Part shown: positions 12,201 through 24,529 of the stretch, in pieces
Layout of the letters: the number at the start of each line of letters is the position of its first letter
How positions within the stretch are numbered: the first letter of the stretch is position 1
Source: Leucoraja ocellata
Taxonomy: Eukaryota
NCBI GenBank assembly: GCA_036785375.1
Contig: JAWMAR010000361.1
Coordinates: 2,232,001 to 2,296,000, forward strand
Reading direction: 5' to 3'
Length of the DNA: 64,000 bases
Notes under the pieces: model-generated
Databases searched by the model: none
What the model was told of the DNA's origin: nothing
What the model saw: only the letters and a program-made list of their open reading frames with translations
Position numbers and translations under genes: made by a program

Positions 12201-12900
12201 AACATATTAACGAAACACAAAATTGGCTATTAATAACCGACCTGCATTTCAGAACAGCAACTGCATGAAAATCTTCCATAAGAGTCAATGATACATCACA
12301 TTGTCAACCTTTCCTTAGTGATTAGGTTTTTCTCTCTTACCCTGTTTTAAAAATAAAATTCTATCAGGTTACCAGTAGCGTCAGTTTGCAAACCCTGCAC
12401 TTCCAGATTCTAACCTCTCAAGAAGCGTGGAGCAGTCAGCACCTGAACTAAATGAAAATCAAGAGTTAAAAAAACCCAGTTATAAAACCATCCTTGCTTT
12501 CAGGGATCTGAGTTCAGATTATTGTGATAGAAGCTTTTATACTTGCCGAGTGTTAACGCAGTTTGAGCAGAGGTGAGCTAATTATACAAAGCTATCAATC
12601 ATTCAACACTAAGTTATCATTAAATTGATCTGAGAACAATTTGGATAGCTGGAGTTAGAAATTGTGTTATGACACAAGCACAATGCTACAGTGGCTCTGA
12701 GATTGGAGTTAAGATGCATTACTGAGGCAACTGCAATGAATTTTTTTCTATTTCTCTCTGTATCAAAATCAAAATCATGGTTTGATTCAGATCCAATGAG
12801 TATCACATGTTCAAGGAAGCTTTTTTTTGATAAAGAATACTTGCTTTGAAATTAGATTTCCGTCTGAAAAAGGGTCCCAATACAAAATGTCATCTGTCCT

Positions 12901-12962
12901 TTCAAACTGGGCATGTCTGAAATTCAACTGGGCATGTCTGAAATTCAACTGGACATGTCTGA
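12901..12962. repeat. 21-bp tandem repeat, about 3 copies
   Basis: (ttcaactgggcatgtctgaaa)x3. Confidence 0.85.
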
Positions 12963-12966
12963 TTTT

Positions 12967-13140
12967 GAGTGTAGGAAGGAACTGCATAAGCTGGTTTTCA
13001 CCGAAGATAGACACAAAATGGGGTAGAATCCCCGGAGAGAAGGAATGGAGAAGGGTCTCGACCCTGAAATGTCACCCATTCCTTCTCTGCAGAAAGGCTG
13101 TTTGTCCCGCTGAGTTTCTCCAGCATTTTATGTCTATTTG
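12967..13140. mobile_element. Short Penelope-derived element with inverted halves and 13-bp TSD
   Basis: catgtctgatttt at 12954-12966 and 13141-13153; contains aagggtctcgaccctgaaatgtc. Confidence 0.8.
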
Positions 13141-15325
13141 CATGTCTGATTTTCAATTGCCCTGCTGACACCAGCAGGATTTCTGTCAGATTTCAGTGTC
13201 AGATGGTATCATTCGTTGTGTAATGAATCACATTGCATGGCAGAGGAATTTGGACCATGCTCTCCTGGGGTCATAGATCACAGATTAGTCCCTCAATAAC
13301 ATGGCTTTAATTGGGCAACTCTATTTCTGGAGGTCTACAGGTGAGAATAATAGTTATCTACATCTTTGGAGGTTCATCCTACACTGAAATGTTTCTTTGA
13401 CAGACTTTCTACTGCCTTTCCCCAAGCCCATGACCTGTAGTTGACCCTCCCCTGAAATCCCTCTGCTCGGCCATGTCTTATAACCCTTTACATCCTGACT
13501 CCGGTGCTCTTAATTCCAGATTTCTCTCCTTCATTTGTGATGGCCTCATCCCCGATACCCCCTCCCACAATTTCTCCAGCCTCCTCCAAATCCCAACAAC
13601 TTTAACTGGCTGGTGGACAATTCAACAATTTGTGAGCTGTGCTCAGGCATCCATTCCTTCACCCAATAACTTCCTTCCTGCAACTATTGGCCTAACATCC
13701 CAACCATGACTTTAGGTGAATTCCTGGTGATACATTTTCATACGGAAGTAAATGTAATGCTGATTAACGTGGAACTAACATCCCACACCCAAGTCTCACG
13801 TTCAGTTTCATGCAGTGGGACTAGACCCCAAACTAGTTTCTAATCCGAAGCACATTTGTCCTTCCAACAAATCCGTTGGAATGTATTGGAGTTAATTGGC
13901 ATATCTAAAAGGGAATATTATTCTTACCTATTATCTTGGCCCATTTATGCTCTACTCAGTACTGAAGTTATATAAATGTATGTAATAGAGTTACCAGTAA
14001 AATGTTACATATACTTTCTTTCATTCAGCCCCACTAGAGACATAAGAGCAGGAACATAACATGAGCCACAGTGGACTTACTGAAATTCAAGTAGATTATA
14101 ATTCACCTGCAACAAAACTCTATTAACGTATCATGTTTCGATACCGAAGATATATTTCAATATCCTTCAGCTCTCTATCATAACAAAATACTATTGATCT
14201 TAGCCTTGGAAAGGTCATTTGATGCAACAATCTTAATCATTTTGGGAAGATATCTATCATTTTTGGTGTCTCCCAATTATATTCCCAGACATCGTCTAAG
14301 TTCCAGACACAATATTTCTAAATCTTATCTAATATTTCTGATTAGAGATAATATTTTTTCTATTTAATTTTTCTCTACACATTGCTAAATCATTCTGCCA
14401 CTTTTCTTAATCATTTTTATGAAATCATCTCATGATTTTCTTAGCTCTTTTATAAGCTAACCCTTTTAGTCTAAATCATTCTGTTATGTTAAGGCCAATG
14501 TAACCTTCCTTGTATCAAATGGCAAGGACTGAATGGAGTGCCACTGACACTGGACTTACTAAAGCTCTATTTAGTAAAGCATCCTCCTCAGTTTATTCCA
14601 GGCTCTTTGGCAGGATGTTTTGTTCTTTAATTTTTGTAACTGGGCACTTAAGCCCCTAAGCATCTCCCTCTCACCATTTAGAAAATAATGGAAAAATATA
14701 CGACCACATACTTTCCTATACTGAACTGCATCAGACATGGCAGTCCTCATTCATTCATCCCAAGTATCACTCAATATAATTTTCTCCTGCCATCATTCCC
14801 ATTTTTTCCACTCCTGGCATTGTCAGTAAATGTTGTATGTATATACCTGTTTATTCATCCTCATTTTAAACATAGAATAGTACAGCACAGGACCATAGCC
14901 TACAATTTCCATGCTGCCCATTATGGCATGTTAAATTAATCGTCCCTGCCTGCGTGTGACCTATATTCCTTCACTCCCTGCATATCTATGTGCCTATCTA
15001 AAAGCTTCTTAAATGCCACCACTGTCTCTGCCTCTACCACCACCTCTGGTAGAGCTCACTGTGTAAAAAAACATCTCCTTCAAACTTTGCCCCTATTTTA
15101 ATAAGGGATAGGCCATTTAGGACCGAGATGAGCATAAAATGGTTACATTCAGCAGGTGGTAAGCATTTAGAATTTTCTTCCGTGGAAAGACAAGATACAT
15201 TGAGTTCATTCTGAATTAAAATGATTATTTTTCTGGACATGACAATATAAAGAGATTATACTGAGATGAAAGATTAGCAAAGATTTTTTGAATGGATCCT
15301 TTGAGGATATCATGCTTTAAAGGGA

Positions 15326-15420
15326 CTGAAGAAAGGTCTTGACCCGAAACATCACCATTTAGTTTTCTCCAAAGATGCTGTTTGACCCACTGAATTACTC
15401 CAGCATTTTGAGTCTGCCTT
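15326..15420 (+). mobile_element. Short Penelope-derived element with hammerhead motif
   Basis: ctgaagaaaggtcttgacccgaaacatc...gaattactccagcatttt. Confidence 0.75.
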
Positions 15421-16199
15421 AAGCTTGAAGGGCTGACCAGACTACCCCTTTTATTTCTTAGGATCTTATAGTCTTGTCATGAAAAGCATAAGCCCAATCT
15501 AAAAATCTATGGAAATCAGTGTGCCACATCGAGCAAATTGGAATATGTTGTCTCTTCCTTCTACTCAAACAATTATGGATATGTCACCAACAACTAGTGT
15601 GCTTTTGCTTTGCTAAACAATTCAACCTTGACAATCGCCTTTTGGAAGTCTGAGTAGAAAAAAGCCACAATTCTCATCTATTCAATGTGGATTACCTACT
15701 CTGAAAAGCCAGCACTGTTAATAAGAAATGTCCTTACTTCCACTATTCTTATTGATTGCCTCAGCTTGAGTGCTCAATCATTCTAACCCTTAAGTTAGAT
15801 TTCAGTAACTTCCTCACAATTTAGCACTGCAGAATGTACATAGAATTCGATGACCCATTTATAAGGTACACTCTTAATATATTAAAAAATGGGTTATAGA
15901 ATTCCACTTGGTAGCACTTGAGACTCAAAAAAGGACTGTGTCTTTGCAGCGTACAGTACTTTCCAGTTAAGTAGGACAGACAGCCATTGGCATGCATTCC
16001 TCCATAGCTGTGACTTTCTGCCTTTGACCCTGAACGATAGATATCTTAAAGAATCCTCTTGGATGTTGTACACTGATAATAAGTATTTTCTTCTGACAGT
16101 TGTTGGATCTCAATTACAAAATGTGGCTTCAGTCTGTAAAAAGGGACATCTATACCTTCCCTTAGGTATTGCCTGATTGTACTAGGAAATATAACACAA

Positions 16200-16979
16200 G
16201 TGCCTTTAGTTGCCGTTCTTTCCTGGAGTGGCTGTTTTTTAAATAATCTTTTAAAAAACGCGCGTGCGCAGATCGATCTCTTTGGAGACGCTGATCCCAG
16301 CGGAGAAGGACCAGCGACCAGCATCCACTATGAGTCAGCATCGCACCGCCAATTCCAGCCACTATCCCTCTGGTCCCCCTCGCTGGCTCCTCTTCCCCCT
16401 CCCCCGTGATGCCCCCCCTCTCCCCCTTGGCTCTTCTCCCGTCTTTACTCCGAGTTCACTTCCCCCTGCCCCCCCCCACCCACCCACACACTCCCACTGC
16501 CCCCACACACCCCGCCACTCACACACCTCCCCGCCCCCGCCCCCACCCCCACAAACCCACCCCCCCACACACATCCAACCCCCCCATACACCCCTCCGAC
16601 TCACCCCACACACCACGCTACCCACACACCCCTCTCCTCCCACACAACCCCCACAACCCCCCCACCCCCATATACCCCTAATCCCACCTCCCGCCCACAT
16701 TCACAACTCATCCCCCCCACCACACACCCCAGTTCCCTCCCCCACTCCCCTCCTCTCCTCCCACACATGAAGAAGAGGGGGAGGGAGTGCTCGGGGATGA
16801 GGGGAATTGAGCCGTGCCTGCGCAGTTAGGGGCTATGAGTGAGTGGTGGAATATTGCGTTGGGGAATGGGTTGCATTGGGGGAATGGGTGAGTGGTGGAA
16901 TATTGCCTTGGGGAATGGTTTGCGTTGGGAGACCTGGCCTCCCGTGTGACTAGGACCCAACGGGTCCCACTCAGTCTAC
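16200..16979 (+). mobile_element. Non-autonomous Helitron-like element with internal C-rich low-complexity block
   Basis: 3' hairpin ggacccaacgggtcc (16953-16967), then ctac|t (decayed CTAG|T); subterminal sequence shared with 24540-24600; 5' end not clearly located. Confidence 0.6.
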
Positions 16980-17942
16980 TAATCTTTCTAAAAGAGAAAT
17001 GGGGCCACTCATACCCATGGGGTTGTCAATCACAGCGATGTAGTGGACACAAGGCACTCGGTTAAGCAACGGGATGTGCTCAGCTTTTCCTGCCTTTGAA
17101 CTAAAAAGAAAGTGGGTCAGAGTAGCACACTGGCAGAGCTGTGATGCACAACACGTGTAGGCTAACTGATTCACTTCTTGATCATGGTTTCTTGTTGCCG
17201 AAGACACTAATCTCCATATCTAGAAGTCTGACTCTACTGCAGTATTAAAGTGTTACTTCACAAGTCATGTTTATCTACTGACGTCAGTTAAACGACATTT
17301 CAAGAAGATAAGGCGCATCTACCAGTGATTTCACACTCTGCACAAACGACAATGAATGAATTTCTACCTTTCTACCCTTACAGTTGTAATATTTGGCAGA
17401 TAAATGGTTCCAGTGTTGCGAATTGTATGTTGCTATGTTACATAATTGTATTCCAATATCACATCTTTCTATTGTTAAATGCTATAGTTATTTTGATCTG
17501 TAATAAATTCCGTGTGGAATGACATTGAGGCCACTTTATATTCTAAAACAGCTCTCTTTTATTTAAAAAAAAATGGGTTAAAAACTGAACAACTTCTAAC
17601 TGTGCCAACATTTGTGAATGAACAAGAGTGCAAGCTGCCTCCAATGATTTATTTCCCACAAAGTGCTACATAAAGCGTGCCTTGGTAGAGTAGAGAACAT
17701 GAATACCAGAAGGTCAATCTCACATCGATGCATTATAACTTGGAAGATGGATATTTCTTTCATAAGTAAATTAAAGATATTCTTTTCAAAAAAGGCGAAA
17801 TGAACCAGTATGAATTTAAATCTGTAAATCTGGTGCTGGTGTCGATGTTAACCTCCTACTAGAGATATAAATAAATTCAAACACATAAGTTTATTTTTTC
17901 TTTAATCCAAACCTTGACTGCAGAACAAAAGACTGGTAATAA

Positions 17943-18125
17943 AAGATACAAAGTGCTGGAGTAACTCAGCGAGTCAGGCAGTTTCCCTGGACAACATGGA
18001 TTGGCGACGTTTCAGGACCGGTTCCGACATAAATCATTCCCTATCCGTGTTCTCCAGGGATAGTTACTCCAGCACATTTTGTCTTTTTTTTTGCAAACGA
18101 GCATCTGCAGTTCCTTGTTTCTACA
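17943..18125. mobile_element. Short Penelope-derived element with inverted halves
   Basis: acaaagtgctggagtaactcagcg...ttactccagcacattttgtc...gcatctgcagttccttg; flanks aagactggtaat / aagactggaaat. Confidence 0.75.
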
Positions 18126-18671
18126 GAAGACTGGAAATGTCAGGAGCCGGTGGTAGACCTGCTGTGAGGTGGGTTGTGTGGGCTGCTTTCGCAAGTCGAA
18201 CACCATTATCCCCACGGGTGAAAAAATGTTGATTAACACTCTGCCCCGGTAAAAAAACTACAAACATGCAGTGAGAAGTAGCAGTGAATAACTTACGAAT
18301 CTCCCACCCAAACAAGATTCAGAAGACAGCGTCTCCCTGAGCTGAGTGGGTTTTAATACCTGTAATTGATGAGACAAAAAGAAAGGGAATAAATTGAATA
18401 CATTTCTCCTTTAAATCTTTAAATTTTATTGCAATTTGCGATCAGGTTATTAGTAAACTCGATGATGAGAAGTTATTCAGTTTACTAATAATCTGATCCC
18501 AAAATACAATTAAAGTTCTTTGCTAGTTTTCTTTTCCGTAAGGTATTCTTAAAACCAATTGTTTTTGTTTGAGTTTTGTTTTTCCCGAGCATCTCCTTAG
18601 TTATTGAGGTCAAATTTGTTTGATTGCTCTCCCTTATGTGATTTTATAACATTCAAGGTGCTAAATTAATA

Positions 18672-18759
18672 TCTGAAGAAGGGTCTCGACCCGAAACGTC
18701 ACCTATTCCAGAGGTGCAAACTAACCCGTTGAGTTACTCCAGCATTTTGTGTCTATCTT
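18672..18759 (+). mobile_element. Short Penelope-derived element with 13-bp TSD
   Basis: tgctaaattaata (18659-18671) / tgctacattaata (18760-18772), one mismatch. Confidence 0.8.
18673..18700 (+). ncRNA. Minimal type I hammerhead ribozyme motif (best copy in the window)
   Basis: CTGAAGA-a-GGGTC-tc-GACCC-GAAA-CG-TC: conserved core boxes CUGANGA and GAAA, helix II, palindromic ACGU helix III, GUC triplet. Activity not demonstrable from sequence. Confidence 0.65.
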
Positions 18760-19052
18760 TGCTACATTAATAACAAATTGTTGTTGAATGTATTTTGGCG
18801 TATTGGCAGAATTGCATGATATTACATTTCAATTATAAATTTTTTGATGGACATTAAATGGACAAACCACGTATATTTATGTTGTTCCACTGAAACCCAA
18901 CACAACCGTAAGGATAAACATCTCATCTGTCTATAAACCTTGAACAACATTGAATTCAATAATTTCATAAACTGAGTCTTTCCAGTTAATGTCAGAACTT
19001 TGGGTATATGAGTGGTGTCAGTGGGGTAGAGATCAGGCTTGGCATTTTGGGA

Positions 19053-19235
19053 AGATAGACACAAAAATCTGGAGTAACTCAGTGGGTCCGACAGCAACTC
19101 TGGAGAAAAAGAATAGATGACATTTTGGGTCAAGACCCTTGTTGAGACTTCTGAAGAAGGGTCTTGACCCAAAGCGTCACCTATTCCTTTTCTACAGAGA
19201 TGCTGTCTGACCCACTGAGTTACTCTAGTTTTTAT
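19053..19235. mobile_element. Head-to-head pair of short Penelope-derived units
   Basis: Minus unit ending gggtcaagaccctt (about 19140) abuts plus unit starting ctgaagaagggtcttgacccaaagcgtc (19151). Confidence 0.75.
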
Positions 19236-20274
19236 TGCCTATTTTGCAGTATAGTGATCAATTTGTAATTTTAGCTCAGAACCTAAACTGCTGGAGTAAC
19301 TCAACGGGTCAGGCATCATATCTGGAAGACGTATCTGGAAGCTGGAGAGGGAGGTGGGGTGTGGGTCAAAACCTCGCAGGTGATATGTGGATACCGGAGA
19401 AGGAGTTTTGATCGGCAGGTGGATGGGCAAAGGCTAGAGATGAAAATAAGTCAACATGGTGGCAAAGGAGGACCAAAGGAGACAAGTAAGGACAGAATGG
19501 AGATAAGAAATAAAGATGTAGAGGAGCAAATGCAAATCCAGAGGGTGGGATCAAGGAGGAACTGGGGAGGGGGAGGGGTGGTTGTGGGAAAGAGGTCCGA
19601 ATAGTTGGAGAAATGCGTGTGCAATGGATGGGGGGGGGGGGGGGGTGTTTAGCAAAACATTTTTTCTCCATATGTTATCTGATCTGCTGGATCTTTCCTG
19701 GATTTCAGGTTTCTAACAACTATGTGTTATTCTGTTCCAATGTAGCATTTTGTTTTGTTTCTCCGCTGTTCTTCCTCCACTCGCACCTCCTCCAGACGAA
19801 TCAGCTCACCATCCTTCACTACTCTCTCAGCCGAAACCAATCCGATTCATTTATATTCTGTTTGTACCCTCCCTGTCACAAAAGCTGCCTTTGTACTCCC
19901 CACCTCCTCCTTCACAACTTAAAAACAAGTCTGTTTTCTAAATATTCCCATTTCCGAAGGGAAATTGTTAGCCGGTTTTCTCTCAACAGATGTTGCAGCA
20001 TTGTCTCTATTTTCTTATTGTAGATTGAATTTTAATTCCAGATGTATATTTCATGCAATTAAATGAATTAAAATCTAGTCCATACAGTAAGGAGAATTCC
20101 CCCCTCTTCTCAAATAATGATGTATATGCATTGGTGCTATTGCAGCAGAGAAGGAGCCAACGTTTGACGTATTCTGAAGCATTTGAGAATGAAACAAGAG
20201 AGGCTGTAAATTTGAGGTGAAGACAGAAAAGACTGGAAATATTTCATGTAGCACCAGTGGAAAGACAGAGTAAA

Positions 20275-20790
20275 TTCACAAGGTGCTGGAGTAACTCAGC
20301 GGGTCAGGCAGCATTAGTGGTGGATATGGACAGGTGGCGTTTCAGGTTGGGACAAAACCTGGCAAGCGATAGGTGGATACAGGTGAGGGGGCTTAAATAG
20401 CAGAAGGGTGGGCCCAAAGCTAGAGATGAATCAGAGGCAAAAGCATGGAACAGAATGTGGGAAGAGAAGGGACTTTGTGCTGCCCCCACCTCTCTTTTCA
20501 GCTTTCTCCCCCTACTGCCAATCAATATGAAGAAGGGTTTAAGAAGGAACTGCAGATGCTGGAGAATCGAAGGTACACAAAAATGCTGGAGAAACTCAGC
20601 GGGTGCAGCAGCATCTATGGAGCGAAGGAAATAGGCAACGTTTTGGGCCGAAACCCTTCTTCAGAATATGAAGAAGGGACCTGATATGAAACGTTTGCAG
20701 ATCCATGGCCCCCAGAGATACTGCCTGGCTCGCTGAGTTACTCCAGCACTTAATGCTTTATTTGTGTAATCTAGCATCTGCAGTTCTTTA
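20275..20790. mobile_element. Older Penelope-derived element with a younger copy (20538-20664, minus) nested inside
   Basis: 14-bp TSD aatatgaagaaggg at 20524-20537 and 20665-20678. Confidence 0.75.
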
Positions 20791-22469
20791 TTACCTCCAT
20801 CGGAGTTAATATTTTGGTTGAAAGACTTTCCAAGGTGTTTATCATTTTCTGATTTTCTTCTGAAAACATCTCAGTCCAATATAGTTTTTTGGCACCACTC
20901 TTTCTATCCTGCATCAGAGTGTTGGTTGGGGGATGGGATTTGAAATCTGACATTAGCTTAGTCAGGTTAATATGCTAGAGTGTTAGCACGCAACAAAACC
21001 TTTTCACTGTACCTCAGTACGCGTGACAATAAAAAAATTGAACGTGTAAAAATTGAAATCTGTGTTTGTACTTTCACCTGACAAAGAACAGAATCTAAAG
21101 CAAATAATAGCCATGGCAATGAAACAATGATTTTAGACACCTCTTAGATTTATCCTAACGCATTGTAAGGGAAGTGGATCAGATATGAATGCAAGCGGTG
21201 GACTTCTCCATGGTATTAGATTGCTCTGGTTGCCCATAGCAACCTTACTACCTACAAATAGGTTCAAATTTAAAAATGTACTGCAATCAAGTAAGGACTT
21301 AAAACAGATTAATTGAAAACTAAATTTCAAGTAGGCTGAGAAATAGGATTCTAATAATGCAACATGGTGACACATCTATAATGACCACTGTGGGGGGACC
21401 CATTTTATGAGCGACATGTACAATAAGGTTTTTCTCTACTGTGGCTGCAAGTCTGAATTATTCATTGAAGTGACCTGGACATTTTGGAGGTCAAACTCAC
21501 AGAATGAGTCATAATGTTAGTTTGGGGCTTTCAGTAGAACAAACAGTACTCAAGTTGAGATCATCGAAAGTGAGTTGCTTTTTAAAAAATGCCTTTTGTA
21601 TCAACTGTAGCTGGTTTTGGTTTTATTTACTTCTTCCTATTAGATGTGGTTGAGATTTATCAATGGTAAAAGCTTAATTGCACACCCCACATCTTGCTGT
21701 AGTTATTGCAATAAGACAGAGTGTTCAGGACTGCAAGATCTCCAGTGAGGCAGTATCATGATTTAATTTGGGGGCTGTGTGTTGAACAATACATATCTTT
21801 CATGTCCTTCTGCTTCTCTCAATAACATTGACTCAATGCTTATGACTGTCCTCTAATGCAGCTTGATAGATGAAAGGAAGCTAAGTTACATCTAAGTGAA
21901 ATCATAGTATCACTAATCCTATAGAGTAAATTTGATACAATAGGGACAGAGGTCCAGGAATAAGTAATTAGCACTTTGAGACACTCTGATCGTACTTAGG
22001 GTCATGACTGATCTGTGACTGTCTGCATTGTTGGCTTCAATTAACAACAATCTCAGGTTTAGAATGAACAAATAACTCAGTATCGACTGAATGACCGTTC
22101 CGAACTTCGATCACCTATGTGCGCAGAAGTTTCTCGCAAGTGAAAGGTCTTTAATTATAAGACAATGCCGCCCAGTCTGAGACTCTGTGGCAGGATTATG
22201 CTTGGAAAGTGCATTGAAGCATAGCCGATGCAATACAATGCCCATTGGCAGCGTTGGATGGCAACGGTTTTGGTCTCTGTCCCACCATGTTGAAATCCAG
22301 CCGAGATAAAATGGGCAGTGCAGATTTTTGGATTTGAAATCACAATATTTGATGTTCTCTCAGAGCCTCAGGCTAGGTCAAATAGGGGGATTGGGAGAGG
22401 GCAGGTGTATTCGGTTATGATGCCCGGGGATTGGCATGGGAACTGAGTGTAATATTTGTGATCAGACCA

Positions 22470-22828
22470 GTCATGTTCATAAGTGATAGGAGCAGAATTA
22501 GGCCATTCGGCCCAACAAGTCTACTCCGCCATTCAATCGTGGCTGATCTATCTCTCCCTTCTAACCATATTCTCCTGCCTTCTCCCAATAACTGCTGACA
22601 CCTGTACTAATCAAGAAGCTATCTATCTCTGCCTTAGAAATATCCATTGACTTGGCCTCCACAGCCTTCTGTGGCAAATAATTCCACAGATTCACCACCC
22701 TCTGACTAAAGAAATTCCTCCTCATCTTCCTAAAGAAACGTCCTTTAATTCTGAGGCTATCACCTCTGGTCCTAGACTCTCCCACTAGTGAAAACATCCT
22801 CTCCACATCCACTCTATACAGGCCTTTC
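22470..22828 (-). mobile_element. CR1 LINE 3' fragment (second subfamily)
   Basis: Minus ORF RVDVERMFSLVGESRTRG...FFSQRVVNLWN. Confidence 0.88.
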
Positions 22829-22909
22829 ATCTGCCTGATGGGTCAAGTTGGTTACATGCTTCAAGTTGCAGAGATTGGGGATACGGGCAAAGATGGAGTA
22901 TTTAGCTTG

Positions 22910-23215
22910 TTTTTAGTTTAGTTTTGAGATTGAGCATAGAAACAGGCCCTTCAGCCCACTCAGTCCATGCCGACCTTCGATCACCCATTCACACTAGTTC
23001 TATGTTATCCCATCCACTTTCACATCCACTCCCTACACATTATGGGGATTTAGAGAGGCCAATTAATTTACATACCCAAACATCTCGGGATGTGGGAGGA
23101 AACCGGAGTACCCGGAAGAATCCCTATGACATGCAAACTCCACATAGACAGCACCCGAGGTGTGGATTGAACCTGGTCTCTGGCATTGTGCAGCAGCAGC
23201 TTTACATGTTGCATC
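22910..23215 (-). mobile_element. V-SINE/HE1-type SINE
   Basis: tttagtttag tail, aaacaggcccttcagccc, tgtgggaggaaaccggagtacccg, decayed tRNA-like head. Confidence 0.8.
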
Positions 23216-23339
23216 ATTTTAGGTATTAGGTTGGTGAATTCAGAGTGGGGGTCAAATCAAATATTTTTCAGGCTGAGAATTACCAATTCCGTAGCACAGG
23301 AATCAGTGTGGGATACACTGTTTTCCGTGGATTATCACC

Positions 23340-23720
23340 TAGTCGTGGCGGGGAAGCTTGTGTGGACCTGAGATCTTGAGAGTGATGCCGTCTGGAGCCA
23401 TGGTGGTAATTTCGAGGGGGAGGTCTCTGACAAAGATCAATCCAACCAAGACTTCAATGGTGGAACAGACGGAGGACGATGGTTGACCTTAGTGGAGCGT
23501 CACAACGGCTGGGAAGGCGGATGAAGGCTGCAGCAGAAAAGGGTCTCCGGTCACCTTGGACTCCATGCCACTGGACACTGACCCAGATCTGTCAAGGGCC
23601 GTGGTGGGGTGGCTGTCTGTGCACCAGTCTCCCCACGTTAAACAAAGTCACGCACAGGCGTCCTCCATATAGGGAATAGCACCCTGGAGACACCCATGGT
23701 CAGCCATGACTGAAGGGGGG
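23340..23720 (+). mobile_element. Probable 5' region of an RTE-type retroelement or RTE-derived SINE
   Basis: GC-rich block with ccatgccactgg...gatctgtcaagg...ctccccacgttaaacaaagtcacgcacaggc; family assignment from memory only. Confidence 0.35.
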
Positions 23721-23894
23721 GGGGCTAGGACTGTATATCCCATTCTTAATTTATTGAAACGATAGTATAACATATTCAAGTGTGCTGATGATTCACATCT
23801 ACGAATGAGGTTTAACTGTGGGGATAAGGGAAGGTGCCCACATAGACCGGTAAATGAAGGGCGAGAAGATGGAAGATAATTTCAAATGATTTCA

Positions 23895-24529
23895 TTTTTG
23901 GGATGCAAATGTTGCTAGCAAGGCCAGAAATAAATGCCCATCCCTGAATGCCCTTGAGAAGATGGTGGTGAGCAACCTTTTTCTAAATCTCTGCAACTTC
24001 ATGATGAAGGTGTTGCCGCAGTGCTTTGGGTAGATCATCACAGGTTTTAGTCCTAAATAATGATTAAGATCCAGCAACATATTTCCAAGTCAAGTTGGTG
24101 TTGCAACTTGGAGGAAAACCTGAAGGTAATGGTGCACTCATGTGCCTGCTGCCCTTGGCTATTTTAGTATTATATCTTGGCAGGGCATGTGAGAAAATTG
24201 CCAAGAACTTTACAGGCAGTCTGCACTGCAATGACTGCACAGATGGAGGAGGGAATGGTGGTTTAGGATAGTGCATGGGGTATTAGTCAATGACCTCATT
24301 GTCCTGGATGTTTACAGATGCTTAAAAGCCAATGGAGCTGTATTCTTCCAAGCAATTGGAGAATATTCTTGCGAACTGCTGATTTGTGCCCCTGAGATGA
24401 TATAAAGGCTCTGTGGTAAGTCACATGCTGCTAGACACATCGCTTCTGACCTGTAATGTGGCCAACTAATACATGTGGTTGGTCTAGGTGAGTATCTGAT
24501 CAACGGTAAAGTCATGGATTTTGATGATA
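23895..24529 (-). mobile_element. Old CR1/L2-type LINE 3' fragment
   Basis: gcaaggccag...aatgcccatccctgaatgcccttgagaagatggtggtgagc, resembling the 3' terminus of an abundant chondrichthyan LINE; cut by the Helitron at 24530. Confidence 0.55.

Noticed and set aside
16264-16770. Proline/histidine-rich 168-aa ORF and Gly-rich antisense ORF
   Set aside because: Translation of a C-rich low-complexity tract inside a repeat
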